Of a DNA stretch of 20,000 bases, positions 11,280-19,639 are shown piece by piece (position 1 is the first letter of the stretch; every line of letters starts with the position of its first letter). The stretch comes from Chiloscyllium plagiosum. Taxonomy: Eukaryota. The stretch is from positions 16,216,966-16,236,965 of the forward strand of contig NC_057749.1 of NCBI RefSeq assembly GCF_004010195.1, in the 5' to 3' direction. Position numbers and translations under genes: made by a program. A model generated the notes under the pieces. The model did no database searches. It was given only the letters and a program-made list of their open reading frames with translations, and was not told where the DNA came from.

Positions 11280-11915
11280 GTCAGCTGCAGCTCGGTGAGA
11301 AGTATCCAGCCAGGAGGTCCATCTCCTGGGACATGACCCCACAATCCAGGGGATGACTCTGTCAGTGCCATGCTGCAGGTGTGCTGCACTGCCAGAGGTA
11401 CCATCCTCCAGCTGAGGTGATAAACCAGGGAACCTTCAACCCTGGAGACAGTAAGGACTGTGGATACATGAAATCGGACTCAATAGATGTGAAGCTGGAA
11501 GGGCAGGCAGCATCTGAAGACCAGGAAAGAGAACATTTTGGGCTAAAACCCTTCATCCTGATGAAGGATTTCATCCCAAAATGTTGACGTTCCTGCTCCT
11601 CGGATGTTGTCTAACCTGCTGTGCCCTTCCAGCTTCACATCTATTGATCCTTCCGCCCTTTCAGGTGGCAGGTATGATCCCATGGTGCTGTTCTGAAAAA
11701 CAGCGGGGGAGGTCTCCCTGACATCCAGGCCAAATTTAATGCCTCAACCAATACCAGGGTATCTCATCATTGCAGTTTGTGGGATCTCCCTGCACACCAG
11801 CTGGCTGCTAGGTTTCCTGCTTTACAATGAGGTCTACACCTCAACAGGGTTTCATGGGTTGTATAAATGCTCTCGGGGGAGGAAATGTCCCGTTCAAACC
11901 CTTTCTTTCCATTCT
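11280..11915 (+). mobile_element. DeuSINE-like SINE interrupted by a PLE fold-back element
   Basis: tRNA-like head near 11280-11330, then gtgctgcactgccagagg...gatcccatgg...cattgcagtttgtgggatc...tttcctgctttacaa...tataaatg. Confidence 0.6.
11444..11648. mobile_element. PLE-derived fold-back mini-element (older copy)
   Basis: Perfect 26-bp inverted arms at 11480-11505 and 11622-11647 around two opposed, decayed hammerhead cores (cttcatc|ctgatgaag). Imperfect TSD ccttcaaccct / ccttccgccct at 11433-11443 and 11649-11659. Confidence 0.78.
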
Positions 11916-12119
11916 TGCTCAGCAGCAGGAGCTAAGAAATGGCTGGACTGTATCCAGTTCCTTCTCCTGGCTCCAGTCAGGCAGGATCTGAAACGAAACA
12001 GCAGCTTATCACCTCCCTCACAAACAGCTCGGAGCATTGCAAATCCAATTAATTAGCTTCGAAACGAAACATCTGCAATCGAGGCAAATGTAGCCGTCAT
12101 GTCGAGTGCAGCAAGATCC

Positions 12120-12560
12120 GAGAATCAACCTGGAGCTAGGAGGAGAGGCTGGATAGGCTTGGGTTGTTTTATCTGCAGCAGAGATGGTTGGGGGGGGGAT
12201 TCTGATAGAGGTGTGCAAGATGATGAGAGGCATCGATGGGGGGGGGGGGATATAAAGCAGCTTCTTCCCTTAGTTGAAGGGCCAATAACAAGGGAGCATA
12301 ATTTTAAAGTGAAAGGCAGAAAGTTTATAGGGGATTTGAGAAAAAAAAATTGCTTTCACCCAGAGGGTGTTAGAGGATCTGGAATACACTACCTGGAAAG
12401 GGATTTGAGGCAGGAAACATCACAACGTTTAAAAAATACTTGGATGAGCACATGTAATGTTATAACATTCAAAGCTGTGGGCCACATGCTGGATTTAGAA
12501 ATTTTCTTGTCAGTGTAGACTCAATGGGCTGAAGGGCCTTGTTTGGACAGTTCTATGAGT
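12120..12560 (+). mobile_element. CR1 LINE 3' fragment
   Basis: LLPLVEGPITREHNFKVKGRKFIGDLRKKNCF resembles the CR1 ORF2 end. Tail reads gactcaatgggctgaagggcc. Confidence 0.8.
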
Positions 12561-12805
12561 CTACGAATGGTCAACTTCATGATTTCTTTGTGATGTTGGT
12601 TGCAGGAGGGAATTTTGGTGAGGACTCCAGGAATAGCTTCTAGTCTGTTCAATAACATGGCAGCATTTTTAATGCTCACTTGATCAGGCAGACAGGGGCT
12701 CAGTCGAACATCTCAGTCTGATTCACAGTGACCGCTGACAATGCAGCACTCCCTCAGGGTAGCTTCTCAAGTCCTGGTTTAAGATCTCGACCCAAAGGCT
12801 TTTAA

Positions 12806-13043
12806 TTCAAAGAAAGTGAGGACTGCAGATGCTGGAGTAGCAGAGTTGAAAAATGTGGTGCTGGAAAAACACAGCAGGCCAGGCAGCATCCGAGGAGCAG
12901 GAGAATCGACGTTTCGGACATAAGCCCTTCTTTAGGAATGGAGAAGCCCTGCCTGAAGAAGGGCTTATGCCCGAAACGTCGATTCTCCTGCTCCTCAGAT
13001 TCTGCCTGGCCTGCTGTGTTTTTCCAGCACCATATTTTTCAAC
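12806..13043. mobile_element. PLE-derived fold-back mini-element with 92-bp inverted arms and 8-bp TSD
   Basis: Arms at 12845-12936 and 12952-13043, 5 mismatches by eye, 15-nt spacer. gcttttaa is duplicated at 12798-12805 and 13044-13051. Confidence 0.9.
12952..12981 (+). ncRNA. Minimal hammerhead-ribozyme-like motif, intact core
   Basis: CTGAAGA-A-GGGC(TTAT)GCCC-GAAA-CGTC. Stem I is weak. The opposite-arm copy (12908-12935, minus) has CTAAAGA, a G5-to-A core change. Confidence 0.6.
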
Positions 13044-13070
13044 GCTTTTAACTGAAACACAAGAGCGCTG

Positions 13071-13565
13071 TCAGGAGCAGAAATTAGATCATTCAGCTCC
13101 GACACGCAATCATGGCTGATAAGCTTCTCAAAGCCATTCTCCCACTTTCTCCCCATAACCCTTGATACTCAAGAACCTATCTATTTCCGTCTTAAATACA
13201 CTCAATGGCGTGGCCTCCACAGCCTTCTGTGACAATGAATTCCATAGATTCACCACTCCCTGGCTGAAGAAGTTTCTCTTTATCTCCATTCTAAAATGTC
13301 TTCCCTTTACTGTGAGAGACTCCTTCCTTGGGTCCCAGTCTCTCTGACCAATGAAAACACCTTCCCAACATCCACTCTGTCCAGATCATTCAGTATTCTG
13401 CAAGTTTCAATTAGATCCCCCCCCCTCAATCCTTCTAAACTCCATCAAGTATAAACTCAGAGTCCTCAAACGCTCCTTATATGTTAAGCTTTTCATTCTT
13501 GGGACCATTCTCATGAACCTCCTCTGAACACGCTCCAGGGCTAGTATTTCCTTCCTGAGATATGG
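13071..13565 (-). mobile_element. CR1 LINE 3' fragment ending about 35 nt from an STRC donor site
   Basis: Collinear with the CR1 at 8195-9025 (cattcagc...catggctgat...aatgaattccatagattcaccac...ccttctaaactcc). Confidence 0.85.
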
Positions 13566-13599
13566 GAGGAGAGAGGGCAAAAGAGAAGGTTAATCCTAC

Positions 13600-13755
13600 C
13601 TGTTTTTCACTCCATTCGCCCACCTCTCCCAGGAAGGCCAAAACTGCCAAGTCGGAGAGATCCAGGTTTTGGAAATCTCGATCACTGAGCTGAGTGACAG
13701 CGCGGCCCATCTGCAGGAGCTGCCACAGTTTCATTAGTCTTAGAGAGCCATACAA
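13600..13755 (-). CDS. STRC: Stereocilin exon (156 nt, phase 0 to 0)
   Basis: Acceptor tctctccccag|TTG and donor CAG|gtagga. Encodes LYGSLRLMKLWQLLQMGRAVTQLSDRDFQNLDLSDLAVLAFLGEVGEWSEKQ, similar to STRC LWGPPRGFRPEQILQLGR...LGQIDGWSTTQ as recalled. Confidence 0.93.
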
Positions 13756-14979
13756 CTGGGGAGAGAGAAAAGAGTCAGTTTCACTTTCCAGTTCATCAAC
13801 AGCACCTCCTGATGACTGCGAACCCCCTGGCAGCTTTTGCAAGGCAGCAACACTAATCTCCCATTCGGGGTCACTCCCCCGTCCTGATCTGGAGACTGTG
13901 TACTGACTATGTCCTCGATTGACACTGCTTCAAAATCTCACAAGTCACACAACACCAGGTTATAGTCCAAGCATCAGCATTCTGGACCCCCTCCTATAAT
14001 GGGGTACACCTGCCTGAGGAAACAGCTTCTGTCTATCCACCTCGCATCTACTCCTTTAGTAATTTAAACTGAAATGCATTCACCTTGAATATCCGAGGAA
14101 ACTCTGCAAGTCCATGCAACTTGCCCTAGGACACTAACCCTTGGTTTTCCTGGTAAGTGTTCATTGCACCCCCTCAAAGACCAATCTACCCCTGAGTGAG
14201 GTGAGCCAGACAGAACTGGAGTATCACTTCCACTGGGTTCTGTGCCCATGAGGCACAACGAAGGTAGCAGCTGGGATATTGGTTCCGTCATGGACTGGAG
14301 TCAATGGAGTGGCTCCTGGTTGGGTAACACTGACCTTTCCTAACTGTTACAATGTTCACTCAGTATCATCCATTGGATCTCTGTTTGGCTAACACTATTT
14401 CAGGTTTGTGCTACACTGGAAATCCATTAGGCCCCAGTTAATGAAAAGATTACCTGCTGCTTCTTAAAATGAAACTACTCAGTACTTTAGGAATATAAAC
14501 TGTTAGAGCTAAAGCACAACATTTTGTGTAAACATTCCTCCTCTTCAAGGCCCCTCGACACAAAACAGCCAATGGCTGTCTGATAAATCGAGCCTCTCCC
14601 TTCAGGGGAGAGAGAAGGGTTTCTCTGGAAATGCTCCTATCTCGACATTCCTGAGGATCACTGTCGCCAGTTTATCACCAGGAATCACAGGATAATGGAT
14701 TCAAATTGGACTTCCTGTCATTTTGAAAAGTCAATATTTGCGCTTTTGGTTTCAAGAAATTGGACACTTTGCACGAACAGTGAAATCTCTCAATCTCACT
14801 GTCACAGCCACAGCACTGACCCTGTGTCCAACACGGAGCCAGTACGTGATAATGATGCCAGGGTGAGTGAGTGCAGGAGCTGGGAGCAATGTCACAGTCT
14901 TATCGAGTAATGGAGCACATTCGAGTCAGCAGATGGCCAAACTCTGCTCCTGCCTCTTATGTCCTCCCTTGCTCGGTTC

Positions 14980-15435
14980 ATAAACATTAGGAGCAGCAGT
15001 AGGCCATTCAGCCCATCGTTGCTGTTCTGCCAATTGAGGCTGATCATGTCTCGGCCTCAACTCCAATTTCTTGCCCCAGTCTCCTCCTTAAATATACACA
15101 AAGTCTCAGGGAATGAGTTCCACAGATTCACGACCTTTTGAGAGAAGTAATTTCTCCCTATCGTTTTTAGATCTGCCACCCCTTATCCTAAGACTATAAC
15201 CTCTAGTTGTGGATTGCCGCACATGAGGAAACATCCTCTCTATGTCTATTTTGCCAAGCTCCATTAGCATCTTACAGACCTCAATTAGATTTCATTTCAT
15301 TCTCCTAAACTCCAGAGTACAGGCCTAAACTGCTCAATCTTTCCTCACAAGACCATTTTTTCATCTCTGGAATTAATCCAGTGTCCCTTCGCTGAGCTAC
15401 CCCCAATGCAATTACATTCTCTGTCAAGTAGGGGC
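14980..15435 (-). mobile_element. CR1 LINE 3' fragment, tail-to-tail with a short plus-strand CR1 tail near 14905-14960
   Basis: aggccattcagccc...gaatgagttccacagattcac. The minus-strand translation includes LIPEMKKWSCEERLSSLGLYS. Confidence 0.8.
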
Positions 15436-15571
15436 ACATTCCCCCTCCCCTCACCCAGCAACCTTTAGCACATTGACCTTGATTGCGATTGAGACTCTCA
15501 CATTCACTGCAAAGCTCCTCCACACACCTACCTTTCAAAACTTGCTTCCTCCACCAAGGACCTCAATGAAG

Positions 15572-15728
15572 GAGAAAGTGAGGACTGCAGATGCTGGAGG
15601 TCAGAGCTGAAAATGTGTTGCTGGAACAGCGCAGCAGATTCCTGAAGAAGGGCTCATGCCCGAAACGTCGATTCTCCTGTTCCCTGGATGCTGCCTGACC
15701 TGCTGCGCTGTTCCAGCAACACATTTTC
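15572..15728. mobile_element. Young PLE-derived fold-back mini-element with 12-bp TSD
   Basis: Perfect 30-bp inverted arms at 15608-15637 and 15700-15729. acctcaatgaag is duplicated at 15560-15571 and 15729-15740. Confidence 0.9.
15636..15675 (+). ncRNA. Minimal hammerhead-ribozyme-like motif, intact core
   Basis: AGATTC-CTGAAGA-A-GGGC(TCAT)GCCC-GAAA-CGTC-GATTCT. Stem I pairs at 5 of 6 positions. Confidence 0.65.
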
Positions 15729-16014
15729 ACCTCAATGAAGTGGAAACACTGAGTTATTAGTAAAGTCACTGGGTCCAAGAGATCCAGGCTAACACTCTCA
15801 GGATACAGGGTCAACTCCCACCATTATCGCTGGTGGGTGTGTGTGTGTGTGTGTAAAATATATACATATATACACATGTGCGTATAGGGAGATGGCGGGG
15901 GATAGAGTGGTGTTCAGACCATAATGAAATAAACATTATCTTATTTTTGATTATTCAAAGGATACTGGGAAAGTGGAGGTAAGGTTGCAATCAGATCAGC
16001 CAAAGGATCACCAA

Positions 16015-16723
16015 AGATCCTCAGCCAGCACCTTCCAAACACACAGCCATTTCCATTTAGGACAAGGGCAGCAGATACATGAGAACACCACCCCCTGCGA
16101 GTTCCCCTCCAAACCCCTCACCATCCTGACTTGGAAATAAATCACCGTTCCTTCAGTGTCGCTGGGTCACAATCCTGGAATTCTCTCCCTAAAGGCACTG
16201 TGGGTCTACCTACAGCAAATGGACTGCAGCAGTTCAGGAAGGCAGCTCACCCCCGCCTTCTCAAGGGGCAACAAGGGACGGGCAATAAATGGTGGACCAG
16301 CTCCCTTCCTGAATTACATAAATACAGATATTTCGGCTATCCTAACAAGGGCTTTTATTTAATTGAGATTACAAACCTGGCTGGTCCGGGGCCCCTCGGG
16401 GTAGGAATCCCGCACGAATACGGGTTTTATTACATCTGATGTTAACACATTCCGAGCATGTAAGAGACTTAAATACACACTCTGGTTAGTTGTAGGTTAG
16501 ATTAGTAGATAGTTGAGTTTTGTTTGTTTTTGTTCCCTTCTTTTCCGTTTTTTTTTGTTTTTTTATTAAATTTTGGCTATTGTATATTTGAGCTAATTGT
16601 ATATCAATGTTTATATCTGAGAGTTTTGTTTATTTTTGTAAACTTGTAAAAATGTTAAATTTCTAATAAAAATATCTATATGAAAAAAATGGTGGACCAG
16701 CTAGAGATGCCTACCTCCCACAA
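16015..16723 (+). mobile_element. LINE 3' tail (same family as 5930-6232), interrupted by an L1 fragment
   Basis: cagcaccttccaaac...gcagatacatgagaacaccaccccctgc...gggcaataaatggtgg, resuming after 16702. Confidence 0.75.
16303..16686 (+). mobile_element. 5'-truncated L1-clade LINE 3' end with 16-bp TSD
   Basis: aaatggtggaccagct is duplicated at 16287-16302 and 16687-16702. The insert begins PFLNYINTDISAILTRAFI*, resembling a fish-type L1 ORF2 end (W.PF..Y). It has a T-rich 3' UTR, AATAAA at 16665-16670 and an A-rich end. Confidence 0.75.
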
Positions 16724-16886
16724 ANNNNNNNNNNNNNNNNNNNNNGGGGAAGGTTTGGGAGAGTTTGGTGGGGGGGGGGGGGGGGGTAGGACTGGTTAAA
16801 GAAGCTGCATGGCCTGTTCCTCCTGTTCAATCCCCTGTTAGTATGGATTCTGAGCTACTGCTAGATTCTGTGGATTCTCCACTTAC

Positions 16887-17056
16887 CTGCTTGGTCTTTG
16901 TGAGCAGGATTTTCAGGTGCTCTGCCGACAGATCCCGATCGCGAGTGAGAATTTCCAAACAGTCGGCAAATTCATTGTCAGCCATAGCAGCAAGCTGACT
17001 GCTGCTCCAGGCCATTGGAAACGTGGCTCTGATGTCAATGCAGTTTGGGATACCAT
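16887..17056 (-). CDS. STRC: Stereocilin exon (170 nt, phase 1 to 0)
   Basis: Acceptor ctcccattgtag|AT and donor CAG|gtaagt. Encodes (D)GIPNCIDIRATFPMAWSSSQLAAMADNEFADCLEILTRDRDLSAEHLKILLTKTKQ, matching the STRC motif VPNCADVRGTFPAAWS...FEDCL...KAKQ as recalled. Confidence 0.93.
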
Positions 17057-17238
17057 CTACAATGGGAGCACAGGGAAAATCAGCTTTTCATGTCTCAAGA
17101 TTTCCCAGGCACTACCTTAAAAACCACTGCCATCCGGAAGGACAAGGGCAACAGATACACAGGAACACCATTCCCTGCAAGTTCCCCTCCGAGCCACTCA
17201 CCATCCTGTCTTGGAAATCTATTGCCGGGGTGGGGGGG

Positions 17239-17954
17239 GTACAGCACCGTGCCGGTCTCAGGGCCCCTGGGTGGGTACAGGCACCGTGCCTGTCTCAGGG
17301 CCCCTGGCAGGTACAGGCACTGCGCCTATCTCAGGGTCTCTGGGTGGGTACAGGCACCATGCCTGTCTCAGGGCCCCTGGGAGGGTACAGGCACTGCGCC
17401 TATCTCAGGGCCCCTGAGCAGGTACAGGCACCGTGCCTGCCTCAGGGCCCCTGGCAGGTACAGGCACTGCCTGTCCTCGGATGCTGCCTGAACTGCTGTA
17501 CTCTTCCAGCACCACTGATCCAGAATCTGGTTTCCAGCATCTGCAGTCATTGTTTTTACCAGGTACAGGCACTGCACCTATCTCAGGGCCCCTGGATGGG
17601 TACAGGCACCGTGCCTGCCTCAGGGCCCCTGGCGGGTACAGGCACTGTGCCTATCTCAGGGCCCCTGGATGGGTACAGGCACCGTGCCTGCCTCAGGGCC
17701 CCTGGCGGGTACAGGCACTGTGCCTATCTCAGGGCCCCTGGGTGGGTACAGGCACTGTGCCTGTCTCAGGGCCCCTGGATGGGTACAGGCACCGTGCCTG
17801 TCTCAGGGCCCCTGGGTGGGTACAGGCACTGTGCCTATCTCAGGGCCCCTGGGCGGGTACAGGCACTACACCTATCTCAGGGCCCCTGGGCGGGTACAGG
17901 CACCGTGCCTGTCTCAGGGCCCCTGGGCGGGTACAGGCACCGTGCCTGTCTCAG
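17239..17954. repeat. GC-rich minisatellite, 36-37 bp unit, about 17 copies, with internal palindromes
   Basis: Unit GGTACAGGCAC(C/T)GTGCCT(G/A)TCTCAGGGCCCCTGG(G)(T/C)G, interrupted at about 17471-17559. Confidence 0.95.
17474..17559 (+). mobile_element. PLE terminal-repeat fragment inserted in the minisatellite
   Basis: tcctcggatgctgcctgaactgctgtactcttccagcaccac...tccagcatctgcagtc is homologous to the other PLE ends. It does not include the hammerhead core. Confidence 0.8.
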
Positions 17955-17986
17955 CATTTTGGGGTGTACAGTGGTTGCGTCTTTAC

Positions 17987-18164
17987 CTCTTCGCTTCTTT
18001 GTGATGCTCTTGATTGCCGTGGTTACCAAGCTGAGCCGCTTGCTGAGGAGGGCTGTGTGTGCAGACTGACTCTGCTGCTCCTGACAGACCCTGCCAATGT
18101 CACTCACTCCCCACCGGCCCTCACTGAGGAGGACCAGCTCCACCACTTCGGCTGTCAGCACCTC
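17987..18164 (-). CDS. STRC: Stereocilin internal exon (8th from last; 178 nt, phase 0 to 1)
   Basis: Acceptor ctctctttcccaacag|GAG and donor AGAG|gtaaag. Encodes EVLTAEVVELVLLSEGRWGVSDIGRVCQEQQSQSAHTALLSKRLSLVTTAIKSITKKRR. Resembles my recollection of human STRC [27 protein letters not shown], and splices in frame to the next exon. Confidence 0.85.
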
Positions 18165-18579
18165 CTGTTGGGAAAGAGAGGGAACTGTCAAGGATAGCTG
18201 CTTCTTTCATTCTTTCACTGGGTGTGGGCATCATTGGCCCAAACCTAATTGCCCAGACAGCAGTTGAGAGTTGCTGTGGCTCTGGAGTCTAGGCCAAATT
18301 AAATAAGGTTTCCTTCCCTAAAGGACATAGTGAACCAGATGGGGTTTTCCCCTAACAATCAACAATTAGAGTCTTAATTCCAGATTTTTATTGAATTCAC
18401 ATACTGACACCTACCACAGCAGGATCCAAAGCTAGGTCCCTTTATATTATCTGGGTCTCTGGATTAACAGTCTAGCAATAACACCATAGGCCATCAACTC
18501 CCTTTAAATTCCAGTCCTTTGGAATTGAAGACCAGTTACTATGGTAACCTCAAATCTAAAAATAAGAACATGGATATCT

Positions 18580-19630
18580 CCAGAGCATTTCCCAATCAGA
18601 GTACAACCCAAAGCTCTTCACAGACAATGATGTGCAGCCACTCTTGCAGAGTTGAAAATATAGCAAGCAGCCTGCGCATAGCAAGATCCCAACATCCACA
18701 ATGTGATCATGACCAAATAATAATATTTTGTTGGCAACAATTTTAGAGAATAGATATTGGTCAGGTCTCTGACAGTGCGGCACTCCTTCAGTACTAACCC
18801 TCTGACAGTACAGCACTCCCTCAGTACTAACCCCTATGACAGTGCTGCACTCCCTCAGTACTAACCCTCTGACAGTGTGGCACTCCCTCAGTATTAACCC
18901 TCCGGCACTGTGGCATTCCCTCAGTACCAACCCTCCGAGAGTGCGGCACTCTCTCAGTACTAACCCTCTGACAGTGCAGCACTCCCTTGGTACCGACCCT
19001 TTGACAGTGTGGCACTTCCTCAGCACTAACCCTCCGACAATGCAGCACTCCCTCAGCACTGACTCTTTGTCAGTGCAGCACTGCCTCAGTACTGACCCAC
19101 TGATAGTGCAGCACTCCCTCAGCACTGACCCTCCGACAATGCAGCACTCCCTCAGCACTGACTCTTTGTCAGTGCAGCACTCCCTCAGCACTGACTCTTT
19201 GTCAGTGCAGCACTCCCTCAGTACTGACCCACTGATAGGGCAGCACTCCCTCAGCACTGACCCTCTGACAGTATGGCATTTCCTCAGTACTAATCCTCCG
19301 ACAGTGCGGCACTCCCTCAGCACTGACCCTCTAGCAGCGCAACACTCCCTCAGTACTGACCCTCTGACAGTTGTGGCACTCCCTCAGCACTGACCCTCTG
19401 ACAGTATGGCATTTCCTCAGTACTAATCCTCCGACAATGCAGCACTCCCTCAGCACTGAACCTCCGACAATGCAGCACTCCCTCAGCACTGAACCTCCGA
19501 CAATGCAGCACTCCCTCAAGACTGCTCTGGAAGTTTCAATCTGAATATTGAGCTCAAATCTCTGGAGTCTGGAATTGAACTTACAAACTATTGACTCGCT
19601 AAGAGGGTGAGTCAATGAGCCTTGGCTGAT
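18580..19630 (-). mobile_element. DeuSINE-like SINE whose internal segment has expanded into a minisatellite
   Basis: tRNA-like head at about 19520-19630 (minus: tcagccaaggctca...gttcaattcc...ctccagagatttgagc) and a Deu-type tail at about 18580-18725 (plus: gcatagcaagatccc...caatgtgatcatgacca). Confidence 0.6.
18766..19518. repeat. 33-bp minisatellite, about 23 copies
   Basis: Unit ACTGACCCTCTGACAGTGCAGCACTCCCTCAG(T/C). The 33-nt period explains the repetitive ORFs VLRECCTV and HSLSTDPL. Confidence 0.95.
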
Positions 19631-19639
19631 CCAAAGGGG

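Larger units (their letters stand above)
12575..13070 (-). mobile_element. DeuSINE-like SINE 5' portion, with a PLE fold-back element inserted in its head
   Basis: Contains gacaatgcagcactccctcag and caggcagacaggggctcag on the plus strand, the reverse complement of the SINE core seen near 11380. Confidence 0.5.

Noticed and set aside
16725..16790. G-quadruplex-like G-runs beside N gaps (also 4926-4955)
   Set aside because: They are adjacent to assembly gaps where homopolymer sequence is unreliable, so no functional claim can be supported.
17239..17954. CRISPR-like array of palindromic 36-37 bp repeats
   Set aside because: Units are head-to-tail with no unique spacers, there are no cas genes, and the array lies in a vertebrate intron. 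It is a minisatellite.
6331..18164. Otoancorin or mesothelin-like assignment for the gene
   Set aside because: Motifs [21 protein letters not shown] and PNC.D.R.TFP.AWS match stereocilin as I recall it far better. A phylogeny would confirm.
17023..18197. Long plus-strand ORFs (348 aa, 254 aa and others)
   Set aside because: They are translations of the stop-poor minisatellite and run antisense to real STRC exons.
19520..19630. tRNA gene
   Set aside because: Only degenerate box A/B-like remnants of a SINE head; I could not build a cloverleaf.
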